DNA of 64,000 nucleotides from Candidatus Lustribacter sp. (GCA_965277805.1 OZ255842.1:64001-128000), one strand, 5' to 3'; shown: positions 1 through 9,201, numbered from the stretch's first letter. Notes: generated from the sequence alone by a model not told the origin. Numbers and translations: made by a program.

Positions 1-568
1 GCTCACCGGCGAGCGCGGCCATTACGAAGTCGCGGCGGGCCGCAGCCCGGAGGCCTACCTACGGGCGATGGAAGGGCTCGCATCGACGACGTGCCTTCTC
101 TGCGAGCAGGTTTGGGACGAAGCCGACATACCGCAGAAATACATGCGGCTTGGCGAACCGACTGGTTCAGCTATGCCCCTCATGTGGGCGCACGCCGAGT
201 ACGTGAAACTTCTGCGCTCGGCCGCGGATGGAAAGGTATTCGACCAGATTCCCGAGGTTGCCCAGCGCTATTTGTCCGGCGCCGGTCCTAAGAAGAAGAT
301 GGAAGTCTGGAAGTTCAATCGGCGCGTGCGCTTCATGCGCCCGGGCGAAATGCTGCGCGTCATCTGCGAGGGACGCTTCCGGTTGCGCTGGACTTCGGAT
401 GACTGGTCGTCGGCGCGCGATTCGGCGGCGCAAACGAACGGGCTAGGAATCAACTACGTCGATTTGGCCGAGCTCGCGACGACGTCCGGGATGATCGTCG
501 AGTTCACGTTCTTCTGGATCGACGCCAACCGTTGGGAAGGCCGCAACTACCTTATCGCTGTCCGCTAG
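1..568 (+). CDS. Glucoamylase/glucodextranase-like glycoside hydrolase family 15, C-terminal part (5' truncated by the window)
   Basis: Frame is open from position 2 (LTGERGHYE...). GH15 motifs EQVWD and GSAMPLMWAHAEY are present. Confidence 0.85.
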   Translation, partial: LTGERGHYEVAAGRSPEAYLRAMEGLASTTCLLCEQVWDEADIPQKYMRLGEPTGSAMPLMWAHAEYVKLLRSAADGKVFDQIPEVAQRYLSGAGPKKKMEVWKFNRRVRFMRPGEMLRVICEGRFRLRWTSDDWSSARDSAAQTNGLGINYVDLAELATTSGMIVEFTFFWIDANRWEGRNYLIAVR

Positions 569-572
569 ATAT

Positions 573-878
573 TCAGGCTGCTAAGCCATTCTCTCGCTTC
601 AGAATAGAGCATGGTCGTGAGGTCCTTACGATCGTCGCCCGGTAAGTCGCTATTGATCTTTCGCCGCCAGCGCGCGAGATCCGTTGACGCTTACGATTGC
701 CGGCGACAAGCGGTGTTGCGAGAGCCCATCGCGGTGGATGCCTTTTGAAGCCTCGACGACCCAAGGATTGGGAATGATAGAGCTGCTTCATTTCTTCCCA
801 GTCACCGCGGTCTCGCAGGTGCCGCTCGCGATAGACCGTGTCGGATATGGCAGCCTTGTCGATGATGCTGTTGTCCAT
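573..878 (-). pseudogene. Degenerate SnoaL-like/NTF2-family gene (frameshifted)
   Basis: N-terminus DKAAISDTVYRERHLRDRGDWEEMKQLYH is SnoaL-like. The family-like continuation (VEASKG...SQHRLSPAIVSVNGSRALA) lies in a different frame and soon hits a stop. Confidence 0.55.
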
Positions 879-1625
879 TTATCTATCGCTCGCTAGACCG
901 GCCGGCGCGCTCGCCGGAAAGGTAACGTTGCTGGTTCGATAGTCGAACGATCCGGAGTACGTGATAAACGCAACGCGGAACGTAAACGATGTCCACGCGT
1001 GCGAGATCACGTCGATTCCATCCACGACGGAATAATCGATCGTAAACATGGGCCGCGTCACCAATCCCGACACGGCCAGGCGCGCTTGCAGGACCGTGCG
1101 TAGCGGCAATGACGTCTCGCGATCCAGATAGAGTTCGCGCAGCGTATGGCGCTCCGGATCGAACCGGGGCACGAGGAGCAGATGATCCGCACGGCCGCCA
1201 AATACGGCATCGTCGGCCACGGTCACATCGTACGGATGCGCCACCGACGTCACGCGTCCGATCTCGGCCGGACCGCCGGTGTCGGTCGGCTCGGGCGCAT
1301 CGAGCATCGAGGGCGCGGCCGTCGTGCGGTAGTGATAGAGCCCGACGAGCGCAATCGGCGCGACGCCGTACGGCGGCCGGTTTGCAACGTGCGGCGGCGT
1401 CTTCGTGCCCGCGTCGTCGAGCGAACGCACGATGGCCGCTCCGTCGCCCGTGCGCAGCACGATGTGGTCGTTCTCGCGCTCCGTCACGCCGCGATGCACG
1501 AACACCAAATGCATGTCGTATTCGACGTACGGCGGTACGCGCTCGGCCTGCGCCGCCGCGTACGCGCGATCGTAGAGTTCCAACGGCGAAGCCGCAACGG
1601 CCGCCGCGAGAAGAAGCCCGAGCAC
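879..1625 (-). CDS. Hypothetical exported protein (possible LolA/sigma-E regulatory-like fold)
   Basis: Probable GTG start at 1625 gives a signal-peptide-like VLGLLLAAAVAA followed by a beta-rich body. The ORF-track extension upstream overlaps the neighbouring gene. Confidence 0.6.
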   Translation of the reverse strand: MLGLLLAAAVAASPLELYDRAYAAAQAERVPPYVEYDMHLVFVHRGVTERENDHIVLRTGDGAAIVRSLDDAGTKTPPHVANRPPYGVAPIALVGLYHYRTTAAPSMLDAPEPTDTGGPAEIGRVTSVAHPYDVTVADDAVFGGRADHLLLVPRFDPERHTLRELYLDRETSLPLRTVLQARLAVSGLVTRPMFTIDYSVVDGIDVISHAWTSFTFRVAFITYSGSFDYRTSNVTFPASAPAGLASDR

Positions 1626-1632
1626 GTTAAAG

Positions 1633-1660
1633 GGCGGTCCCTCGACAAGCTCGGGATGAC
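1633..1660 (-). repeat. 28-bp intergenic REP-like element, copy 1
   Basis: Reverse complement is GTCATCCCGAGCTTGTCGAGGGACCGCC, identical to 30343-30370. Confidence 0.8.
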
Positions 1661-1666
1661 ATGTCT

Positions 1667-2617
1667 CTAGACCAAGCCGGGTCCGAAGAGATCGGCGGCC
1701 GAGAAACCGTGTGCGAGGAACGTGTATTTCGCGAGCATGTCGACGACCGGCTGGATCAGACCGGGGCTGTTCGACTCGGCGAACGCAAGGCGCGGATAGC
1801 CGGCAATGATCGCCGGGTCGACCTTCGTGAACGTAGCGAGCATCGTCGCGGCTTCGCCGAAGTTCTTCGGGTTGTTGGCCCACTTCGCGGCTTCGTGGAT
1901 CGCGGCCGCGAGCTTCTTACCGGTGGCCGCATTCTTCGCGAGCCACTCCTTGGATGCAGCGATGCCGAGCGTCTGGAACGGCTTGTTGCCGTTGACCGCC
2001 GAGTAATTGTAGCCGAGATTGCTCAGGTCGTTCTTTGAAGCGGTGAAGAACGGCTCGACGATTGCGCCGCCGTCGATGCGTTTGGCCACGATCGCGCCGG
2101 CCATCTGCGGCGGCGGCATTTCGATGAACTTAATCGTCTTCCAATCGCCGCCGTTCTGATCGATCCACGCGAGCACCGTGCCTTGGATCATGTCGTGTAG
2201 CGTCGAGACCGCGAACGTCTTGCCGTTGAGATCCTTGGCCGTCGTCAGACCGCTCTCTTTGCCGACGGCGAGGTGCGAGATCGGAGAGCGTGGCGCGTAC
2301 GTGGCGCCGCAGGCCAGCATCTGCAGCGGCAGGCCTTGGATGTAGGCCGCCGACATCGAGCCGCTGTTCGTGACGCCCACATCGAGCGCGTTGCCGAGGA
2401 TGCCTTGCGTGACCGAGCCGCCGTTGGGCAGCACGGTCAACTGCACGTCGAGGCCGGCCGCCTTGAAGATGCCCTTCTCTTGCGCGTAGTACGGCAGCGC
2501 GGCTTCCTCGACGCCGACGACGCCCATGCGAACGGTCGTGGCGCTCTGCGCGCGAGCGGGCAAAGTCGAGGCGGCGAGCGCGGCGCCGGAGACGGCGATC
2601 ATGGCGGAACGTTTCAT
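1667..2617 (-). CDS. ABC transporter substrate-binding protein, NitT/TauT (SsuA/THI5-like) family
   Basis: Signal peptide, YAQEKGIFKAAGLDV, AKDLNGKT and IDGGAIVEPF motifs. Confidence 0.9.
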   Translation of the reverse strand: MKRSAMIAVSGAALAASTLPARAQSATTVRMGVVGVEEAALPYYAQEKGIFKAAGLDVQLTVLPNGGSVTQGILGNALDVGVTNSGSMSAAYIQGLPLQMLACGATYAPRSPISHLAVGKESGLTTAKDLNGKTFAVSTLHDMIQGTVLAWIDQNGGDWKTIKFIEMPPPQMAGAIVAKRIDGGAIVEPFFTASKNDLSNLGYNYSAVNGNKPFQTLGIAASKEWLAKNAATGKKLAAAIHEAAKWANNPKNFGEAATMLATFTKVDPAIIAGYPRLAFAESNSPGLIQPVVDMLAKYTFLAHGFSAADLFGPGLV

Positions 2618-2620
2618 ATT

Positions 2621-3571
2621 TTAGAGTGCTCCTGGGGCGAAGAGTTCGGTGGCGATAAAGCGTTGCGGCAAGATCTGATAGCGTACCATCAGATCGATGA
2701 CGGGTTGCACGTATGCCGCGCTGTTCGATTCGGCAAACACGATGCGCGGAATGCCGGCGACGACGGCCGGTTCCATCTTCGTGACGGCGGCGAGGATGTC
2801 GGCGACTTCGGCGTGGTTCTTGGGATTGTTCGCCCACTTCGCCGTGTCGTGGATGACGGCCGCGAAGCGTTTGACCAGCGCCGGGTTCTTATCGCCGAAG
2901 TTCTTGTTGCAGATGACGCCGAGCGTTTGGAACGGTTTGCCGCCGGCAACCGCGCTGTACGGCTGCCCGAGGTCCTGCACGTCGTTGCGCGCGCCGGCGA
3001 AGATCGGTTCGACGATCGCGGCTCCGTCGATACGCCGCGCGAGAATCGCGGCCGGCATTTGGGCGGCGGTCAGTTCGGTGAAGTTCACGGCCTTCGAATC
3101 GCCGCCGTTGCGATCGATCCATGCGAGCACCGACGCTTGCACCATGTCGTGCAGCGTGGTCACGGCGAGCGTCTTTCCGGCGAGGTCCTTGGCGTTCTTG
3201 ATGCCGAGCGTTTTGTTAACGGCGAGGTGCGCGATTGGTTCGCCAGGCGTATAGAGCGCGCCGCAGGCGAGGAGATAGACATCGGCGCCGTGCGCGTGCG
3301 CGGAAGCGAGCGAGCCGCTGTTCGTCGCGCCGACATCGATTGCGCCGCCGAGCACCGCTTGCGTGACGGCGCCGCCGCCCGAGAACGATTGAAATTCGAC
3401 GTTGAGTCCGGCGGCCTTGAAGAAGCCTTTCTGCGCCGCGTACGTCGGCAGCATGCCTTCCTCGACGCCGACGGCCGCGCAACGGATCACCGGGGCATCG
3501 CTTTGGGCGGATACCACGCTTGGTGCGCTTACCGCAGAGGCCGTCAAAGCCAGCATTCGCGATCGCTTCAT
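2621..3571 (-). CDS. ABC transporter substrate-binding protein, NitT/TauT family (tandem paralog)
   Basis: Closely similar to 1667-2617 (GVEE, KPFQTLG, AKWANNPKN). ATG start at 3571. Confidence 0.9.
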   Translation of the reverse strand: MKRSRMLALTASAVSAPSVVSAQSDAPVIRCAAVGVEEGMLPTYAAQKGFFKAAGLNVEFQSFSGGGAVTQAVLGGAIDVGATNSGSLASAHAHGADVYLLACGALYTPGEPIAHLAVNKTLGIKNAKDLAGKTLAVTTLHDMVQASVLAWIDRNGGDSKAVNFTELTAAQMPAAILARRIDGAAIVEPIFAGARNDVQDLGQPYSAVAGGKPFQTLGVICNKNFGDKNPALVKRFAAVIHDTAKWANNPKNHAEVADILAAVTKMEPAVVAGIPRIVFAESNSAAYVQPVIDLMVRYQILPQRFIATELFAPGAL

Positions 3572-3621
3572 GCTGGAGGATATCTGCAGCACCTCGGGCC
3601 TTCCTTGTAGAAACGATCCGC

Positions 3622-4953
3622 GTGCTAACCGAGGAGCAAAATCGCCGTTTGACCCAAGTCGGCCGCGGCACCCCGATGGGCGAGCTGCTGCGCCGTTACT
3701 GGATGCCGATCGCTGCCGAGGACGAGTTCGACCGCAACCCGATCAAAGCGGTCCGCTTGATGGGCGAAGACCTCGTGCTCTACCGCGACATGGCGGGCAC
3801 GTACGGCCTCGTCGACCGGCACTGTCCGCACCGCCGCGCCGATCTGTCGTACGGCTTCGTCGAGAACTGCGGCATCCGATGCAACTACCACGGCTGGAAC
3901 TTCGATGAAACGGGCCGCTGCATCGAGCAGCCGTTCGAAGACATCGCGAATCCCGACGCGCATTTCCGCGACAAGGTTCGTATCACGGCGTATCCGGTCG
4001 AAACGAAGGGCGGCATGGTGTGGGCGTACCTCGGCCCGCAGCCGGCGCCGCTCGTTCCCAACTACGAGCCGTTCATGTGGAAGAACGGCTTCGTGCAGAT
4101 CGTGTTCGCGACGATCCCGTGCAACTGGCTACAGTGTCAGGAGAACTCGATCGATCCCGTCCACTTCGAGTGGATGCACCGTAACTGGACCGTACGCTTG
4201 GGCGGCGAACTCGGTCCGTATGGTAAGAAACACGTGCGCGTCGGGTTCGATGAATTCGATCACGGCTTCGTGTACAAGCGATTGGTCGAGGGGATGGATG
4301 AGTCGCACGAGCGCTGGCAGACGGGCCGCATCTGTCTGTGGCCCAACGGCCTCGGGCCGCTGAGTCATACCGAATATCGCGTGCCGATCGATGATGAAAA
4401 CACGCTGAGCGTGACCTGGCACTTCACGCGCGTGCCGAAAGAACGCGAGCCCTACGTGCAGACGACGATCCCTTCGTGGGAAGGGCCGATCCTCGATCCG
4501 CGCAGCGGCCGCTGGGTCACGAGCCACATCATGAACCAAGACTTCATCGCGTGGGTCGGTCAGGGCACGATCGCCGATCGCACGCAAGAACATCTCGGCA
4601 CGAGCGATCGCGGCATCATCGCGATGCGCAAACGCTTCGTCGACGACATGGAACGCATCGAACGTGGCGAGGATCCCAAAGGCATCGTGCGCGACCCGGC
4701 CGCGAACGAGTGCATCATGATGCCCATCATCGAGCGCGAACTCTACACCGACGGCTTGCCGCTCGCGGAAATGCTAGCTGATCCGGCAATTGATCCGCGC
4801 CGCGACTACCGTTTCCAAATCGGCCAGCCCGCGGCCGTGCGCCGCGCCTACCTCGAAGCGATGGGCCTCGATCCCGACGACGCCGAGCTCAAACCCGGCG
4901 CCGCGCTCCTCACCGCCGAAGCCGCCCAAGCCAGCCGCCGCATCTGGACGTAA
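3622..4953 (+). CDS. Rieske non-heme iron oxygenase alpha subunit (phthalate dioxygenase/LigX-like)
   Basis: N-terminus LTQVGRGTPMGELLRRYW. Rieske ligands CPH...CNYH and mononuclear Fe motif ENSIDPVHFEWMH...QD. GTG start at 3622. Confidence 0.9.
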   Translation: MLTEEQNRRLTQVGRGTPMGELLRRYWMPIAAEDEFDRNPIKAVRLMGEDLVLYRDMAGTYGLVDRHCPHRRADLSYGFVENCGIRCNYHGWNFDETGRCIEQPFEDIANPDAHFRDKVRITAYPVETKGGMVWAYLGPQPAPLVPNYEPFMWKNGFVQIVFATIPCNWLQCQENSIDPVHFEWMHRNWTVRLGGELGPYGKKHVRVGFDEFDHGFVYKRLVEGMDESHERWQTGRICLWPNGLGPLSHTEYRVPIDDENTLSVTWHFTRVPKEREPYVQTTIPSWEGPILDPRSGRWVTSHIMNQDFIAWVGQGTIADRTQEHLGTSDRGIIAMRKRFVDDMERIERGEDPKGIVRDPAANECIMMPIIERELYTDGLPLAEMLADPAIDPRRDYRFQIGQPAAVRRAYLEAMGLDPDDAELKPGAALLTAEAAQASRRIWT

Positions 4954-4986
4954 TCGCAGGCTGGTCAAGGTGACGTCGTTTTGTCA

Positions 4987-5030
4987 TGTCATTCCTCGTC
5001 GACGCGCCTTCGGCGCTGCTCGGAATGACA
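4987..5030. repeat. Intergenic stem-loop (REP-like or terminator) between convergent genes
   Basis: Outer arms TGTCATTCC...GGAATGACA enclose the inner hairpin GCGCC-TTC-GGCGC. Confidence 0.6.
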
Positions 5031-5032
5031 GC

Positions 5033-5668
5033 TTAGGCCAGGAACGGGTTTGTGGTGCGTTCCGTGCCGATTGTGGTTGATGGGCCGTGGCCGCAGATGA
5101 CGTTTGCTTCGTCGGGGTAGATGAAGAGTTTGGTGCGGATTGAGTCGACGATGTCTTCGAGTGACGTTCCGCCGAGGTCCCAGCGGCCGACGCCGCCGCG
5201 AAAGAGGGTGTCGCCGGTGAAGAGCGTCGTCGCGCCGCTGTGGTCGAAGGCGAACGACGTGCTGCCGGGCGTGTGGCCCGGCGTGTGTATCGCGCGCAAC
5301 GTCACCGCGCCCGCGCGCAGCTCGTCGCCGTCGGTGATGTCGCCGTCGAGCGCGACCGGCTCGATCGAACCGGGCAGGCCGATCATGCGAAATTGCTGCG
5401 CGAGCGATGCATAGAGCGGCCGCTCGGCGTGGTGCAAGAGGCCGGCGCCGCCGACGCGTTCGCGCAGCGGCCCGAGCGCGCCGATGTGATCGAAGTGCGC
5501 GTGCGTGTGCAGCAGATAGCGCGGACGCAGACCGTGCCGCGCGAGCCGCGCGGCGATCGTGTCGACATCGTCACCGCCGTCGATGACGATCGCTTCGCCG
5601 CTTTCCGGGTCGCCCAGAATCGTGCAATTGCACGCCAGCATGCCGACCGGGAAGGTCTCGACGATCAC
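5033..5668 (-). CDS. MBL-fold metallo-hydrolase (glyoxalase II-like)
   Basis: THAHFDH, TPGHTPG, GDTLF and GHG motifs. Confidence 0.92.
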   Translation of the reverse strand: MIVETFPVGMLACNCTILGDPESGEAIVIDGGDDVDTIAARLARHGLRPRYLLHTHAHFDHIGALGPLRERVGGAGLLHHAERPLYASLAQQFRMIGLPGSIEPVALDGDITDGDELRAGAVTLRAIHTPGHTPGSTSFAFDHSGATTLFTGDTLFRGGVGRWDLGGTSLEDIVDSIRTKLFIYPDEANVICGHGPSTTIGTERTTNPFLA

Positions 5669-6147
5669 AAGTCGATCTTGAAATCCCGATACGCGCGGTC
5701 GAAGTAGCCGAGCGGCGCGCCTTCGCGTTCGCCGGCTTCGAGCACGTTGCCGATGAAGATCGTGTGCGTGCCGGAGTTCAGCTCTTCATCGACCTTGCAG
5801 TCGAAGTAGGCGAGCACGCCGTCGAGGATCGGCGATCCGCTGGGACCCGAGCGGTGCACGACGTCCTTGAAGCGCTCGTGCGGTTCGCCGCCCTGGAACT
5901 TTTCGGCCAGCGCCTTTTGCTCGAGCGCCAAGATGTTCACGCAGAAGCCGCCCGAGTCGGTGATGATCGGATGCGCGCGCGCGGTGCGGTTCACGCAGAT
6001 CAGCACGGTCGGCGGTTCGGCCGTGACGCTCGCGAACGCGTTGACGGTGAAGCCGTGAATGGCATCGCCGTTGCGGGTGGTAACAATGGTGACGCCGGTT
6101 GCGAACCGGCGGTTAGCGGCCTTGAAGGCCTCAATCGATACGGGCAC
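5665..6147 (-). CDS. Flavin reductase-like protein
   Basis: FATGVTIVTT, GFTVNAFASV..EPP and GTHTIFIG motifs. GTG start at 6147. Confidence 0.9.
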   Translation of the reverse strand: MPVSIEAFKAANRRFATGVTIVTTRNGDAIHGFTVNAFASVTAEPPTVLICVNRTARAHPIITDSGGFCVNILALEQKALAEKFQGGEPHERFKDVVHRSGPSGSPILDGVLAYFDCKVDEELNSGTHTIFIGNVLEAGEREGAPLGYFDRAYRDFKIDL

Positions 6148-6757
6148 CGATTCCCAATCCATCTCCGATCGGAACGATCGTCGCGTCAAGTTGCGGGTGG
6201 TTGATAAATGTCTTGCTGAAGGCGCGTAACGCCTTCAAGTCGGCTGAATCCCCGGCGGAAGGCTCCTCCGCGGCGTGCCCGCCCCAGAGCAGGTTGTCGA
6301 CCACGATCAGGCCCGAGCGTTTGAGCATCGGAACGCACAGTTCGAGATAGTCTTCGTATTCGGTCTTGATCGCGTCGATGAACACGATGTCGAGGTTACG
6401 CTGGTAGAACGACGGCAATACTTCGAGTGCGGGCTGGTTGATGATCTCGACCGCGTCGAGCTTGCCGGCGCGCTCGAGGTAGCCGGCGGCGATTTGCGTC
6501 CGCTCGGTATCCGGGTCGATGGTCCAGATATGGCCGGCCGGCGGCAGGGCCAGCGCCATCCAGAGGGTTGAGTAGCCGTAGGCCGTGCCGAGCTCGAGGA
6601 TCCGGTTGGCCTGCATGCAGTGGACCAGCACGGAGAGCATCTGTCCGACCGGCCGATCGACGATCGGGATCCCGTCGTAGGTCCCTTGCTGTTCGCATTC
6701 GAGGAGCAGTGGCGGCGGTTCGCGATGCAGCCGTGTCAGATAAGCGAGATCGCGCAC
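6131..6757 (-). CDS. O-methyltransferase (caffeoyl-CoA OMT family)
   Basis: ILELGTAYGYS, DIVFIDA and VDNLLWGG motifs. Probable GTG start at 6757. Confidence 0.88.
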   Translation of the reverse strand: MRDLAYLTRLHREPPPLLLECEQQGTYDGIPIVDRPVGQMLSVLVHCMQANRILELGTAYGYSTLWMALALPPAGHIWTIDPDTERTQIAAGYLERAGKLDAVEIINQPALEVLPSFYQRNLDIVFIDAIKTEYEDYLELCVPMLKRSGLIVVDNLLWGGHAAEEPSAGDSADLKALRAFSKTFINHPQLDATIVPIGDGLGIGARID

Positions 6758-6886
6758 GCCCAATGTTTGCCGTGCGCACAAACCGGGAACCTGCCAGGGC
6801 ATCACGGGGGAGGTGCCCCTCTCGTCGAATGCAGGCAAACCGCGCACCGCATCCAGGAGGTTGCTACGGGCTCGACGCGTCTGCGA

Positions 6887-7582
6887 ATGTTTCCGCTCAA
6901 TACCGTCCTCTTTCCGGGAGCGGCGCTGAATTTGCATATCTTCGAACCGCGCTACCGGCAACTGGTCGCGGAATGTCTCGACACGAAAGAAGCGTTCGGC
7001 GTCGTGTTGATTCGCGAAGGCGATGAGGCGGGCGATCCGGACGTGCAACCGCACGTGGTCGGAACGACGGCCGAGATCGCCGACGTGACGCCGCTGCCGT
7101 CGGGACGCTATTACTTGAGCAGCACCGGCGGCCGGCGGTTCCGCATCAACGAGATCGTAAGCCGCGAGCCGTATCTGTTGTGCGAGGTCGAGTTTCTCGA
7201 CGAGGCGCCGGGCGATCCCGGTGCGATCGAGCGCCTCACCACGGAGATCACCGAAGAATTCCGCGAATATCAGAGCCTGATCGTCGAGTTCTCGGGCAAC
7301 CCGGCCGACGTTGCGATCCCCGCCGACCCGGTCCGCGCGTCGTACGCGATCGGCGAGGCGCTGCAAGTCGCGGACGCGCTCAAACAGCAACTGCTCGAAC
7401 TGGGCAGCGCCGAAGAGCGGCTCGACGCGGAACTCGGCTTCCTGCGGCGGCTGCTGCCGCAGCTGCGCTCGTTACTCGAGCGCAAGAAGGAGCGCGAAGC
7501 GCCCGAGAGCAGCGCCGCGCCGGGCGGCGGCTTCCGGACCCACCAAGAGAAGTTCTTCGGGAAGCACTTTAGCAACAATTAG
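6887..7582 (+). CDS. LON peptidase N-terminal substrate-binding domain protein
   Basis: MFPLNTVLFPG..L.LHIFEPRY and FGVVLI motifs. No protease domain. Confidence 0.88.
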   Translation: MFPLNTVLFPGAALNLHIFEPRYRQLVAECLDTKEAFGVVLIREGDEAGDPDVQPHVVGTTAEIADVTPLPSGRYYLSSTGGRRFRINEIVSREPYLLCEVEFLDEAPGDPGAIERLTTEITEEFREYQSLIVEFSGNPADVAIPADPVRASYAIGEALQVADALKQQLLELGSAEERLDAELGFLRRLLPQLRSLLERKKEREAPESSAAPGGGFRTHQEKFFGKHFSNN

Positions 7583-7688
7583 GGCTGGAAGCGCACGGTC
7601 GGGTTGCCCACCGGGGGAATTCCCGAAAGGGCGCGAAACTTTTTTCCAAGAGGCTCGCTTGCAGTGTGCAGCGAGCGGGAGGAAATGA

Positions 7689-7784
7689 GTGAAAAACCCA
7701 CTGGATTCGTTGACCGGGACCATTACATGTGGCCTGATCATCACGGTCGTCTTATACGTCATCGTGAAAATGACGGGGGCCTAA
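7689..7784 (+). CDS. Small single-TM protein (31 aa, MKNPLDSLTGTITCGLIITVVLYVIVKMTGA) upstream of the PuuD-like gene
   Basis: GGGAGG Shine-Dalgarno, GTG start and one hydrophobic helix. The stop lies 3 nt before the next ATG. Confidence 0.65.
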   Translation: MKNPLDSLTGTITCGLIITVVLYVIVKMTGA

Positions 7785-7787
7785 GCC

Positions 7788-8297
7788 ATGACCACTATGA
7801 CCGTTGTCGGCGGGCTTGCCCGCTGGATGCATTTCTTTTTCGGCGTGATGTGGATCGGGTTGCTGTATTACTTCAATTTCGTCCAAGCGCAAGCGGTCGC
7901 GGAAGCGAATGCCGCCGCTCCCGGTACCGCCGCACCGATCGTGAAATACGTTTTGCCCCGCGCGCTGTTCTACTTCCGCTGGGCGGCCGTCATCACGTGG
8001 ATCATGGGCGCGATCTTGCTCGGAACGCTGGGTGACGGCACCGGGTTCGTGAAGGCGTTCACCTTCCAGGCACCGTTCACCGGAATCGGCATCGGCGCGT
8101 GGCTCGGTACGATCATGCTGATCAACGTCTGGACGTTCATCTGGATGAACCAGAAGAAGGTCATCGGCCTCACGCCGGCGACCGACGAAGAGAAGAACGT
8201 CGCGCGCCGCGTTGCGTTCCTCGCATCGCGCACCAACACGATGCTCTCGATCCCGATGCTGTTCTTCATGGCCACCGGGTACTCACACCACTTCTAG
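7788..8297 (+). CDS. Urate oxidase N-terminal domain (PuuD/COG3748-like) membrane protein
   Basis: RWMH..GVMWIGLLYYFNFVQ, ALFYFRWAA, NVW..IW.NQK and SRTNTMLSIPMLFFM motifs. Confidence 0.8.
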   Translation: MTTMTVVGGLARWMHFFFGVMWIGLLYYFNFVQAQAVAEANAAAPGTAAPIVKYVLPRALFYFRWAAVITWIMGAILLGTLGDGTGFVKAFTFQAPFTGIGIGAWLGTIMLINVWTFIWMNQKKVIGLTPATDEEKNVARRVAFLASRTNTMLSIPMLFFMATGYSHHF

Positions 8298-8298
8298 A

Positions 8299-9150
8299 TC
8301 AGGACAGGCGTTCGGCCGCCGTCACGACGTTGCGCATCAGCGCAACGTTGGTGACGGGACCGACCCCGCCCGGAACCGGCGTAATCTCGCCGGCTATTTC
8401 GGCCACCTCTGCGAACGCGACGTCGCCGGTCAGTTTTCCGTCGACGAACGTCGTGCCGACGTCGATCACCGTCGCGCCCGGCATCACCATATCGGCTTTG
8501 ATCATGTTCGGAATGCCCGTTGCGACGACGAGCACATCCGCATCGCGCGTATGATGCTGCAGGTCGGCGGTTTTTCCGTGCGTGATCGTCACGGTTGCGT
8601 TCGCGCGCATCATCAGCAGCGCCACCGGTAGCCCGATCACGGACGAACGCCCGACCATGCACGCGCGCGCGCCGGTTAGCGGCCAGCGCGAACTGTGCTC
8701 GAGCAGCGACATCACCGCGGCCGGCGTCGCCGGCACGAACTCCGTGCCGCTGCCGAAGGCTAAGCGCCCCTGATTGATGGGGTTTGCGCCGTCGACGTCC
8801 TTGTGCGGCGGCATCGCATCCGCGATCGCGCGAATGTCCAGATGCTTCGGCAACGGCTGCTGCAAGATGATGCCGTGCACGGCGGGATCGGCACCGAGGC
8901 GTTCGAGCAGCGCACGCACCTCGCGCGCCGCGCTGTCGGCGGGGATGGCGTCGACCGTCACCGCGATGCCGGTCCGCGCACCTTCGCGCACGAGGCTCTG
9001 CACGTAGGCCATGCTCGATGCGTCTTCGCCCGCAATCGCGACGACGAGGTGCGGTTCCACACCCCGTGCGCGCAAGGCCGCGCTGCGTGAGGCGACAGCA
9101 AGCCGCAGCTCCGCTGCGTGGGAGCGTCCATCCAAGATCGTCGCCGGCAT
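8299..9150 (-). CDS. folD: Bifunctional methylenetetrahydrofolate dehydrogenase/cyclohydrolase
   Basis: HGIILQQPLP, KDVDG, GRS.VIGLP and TPVPGGVGP motifs. Confidence 0.95.
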   Translation of the reverse strand: MPATILDGRSHAAELRLAVASRSAALRARGVEPHLVVAIAGEDASSMAYVQSLVREGARTGIAVTVDAIPADSAAREVRALLERLGADPAVHGIILQQPLPKHLDIRAIADAMPPHKDVDGANPINQGRLAFGSGTEFVPATPAAVMSLLEHSSRWPLTGARACMVGRSSVIGLPVALLMMRANATVTITHGKTADLQHHTRDADVLVVATGIPNMIKADMVMPGATVIDVGTTFVDGKLTGDVAFAEVAEIAGEITPVPGGVGPVTNVALMRNVVTAAERLS

Positions 9151-9201
9151 CGCGGAGCGCGTTCGGGCGGATAGGGGGGCAATCTTTCCGAAGTTCGCCG
9201 G

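Noticed and set aside
6760-6860. Possible riboswitch between the O-methyltransferase and LON-N genes (GGCAAAC, short hairpins)
   Set aside because: The full c-di-GMP or other riboswitch consensus is not present. Short GC stems are expected by chance.
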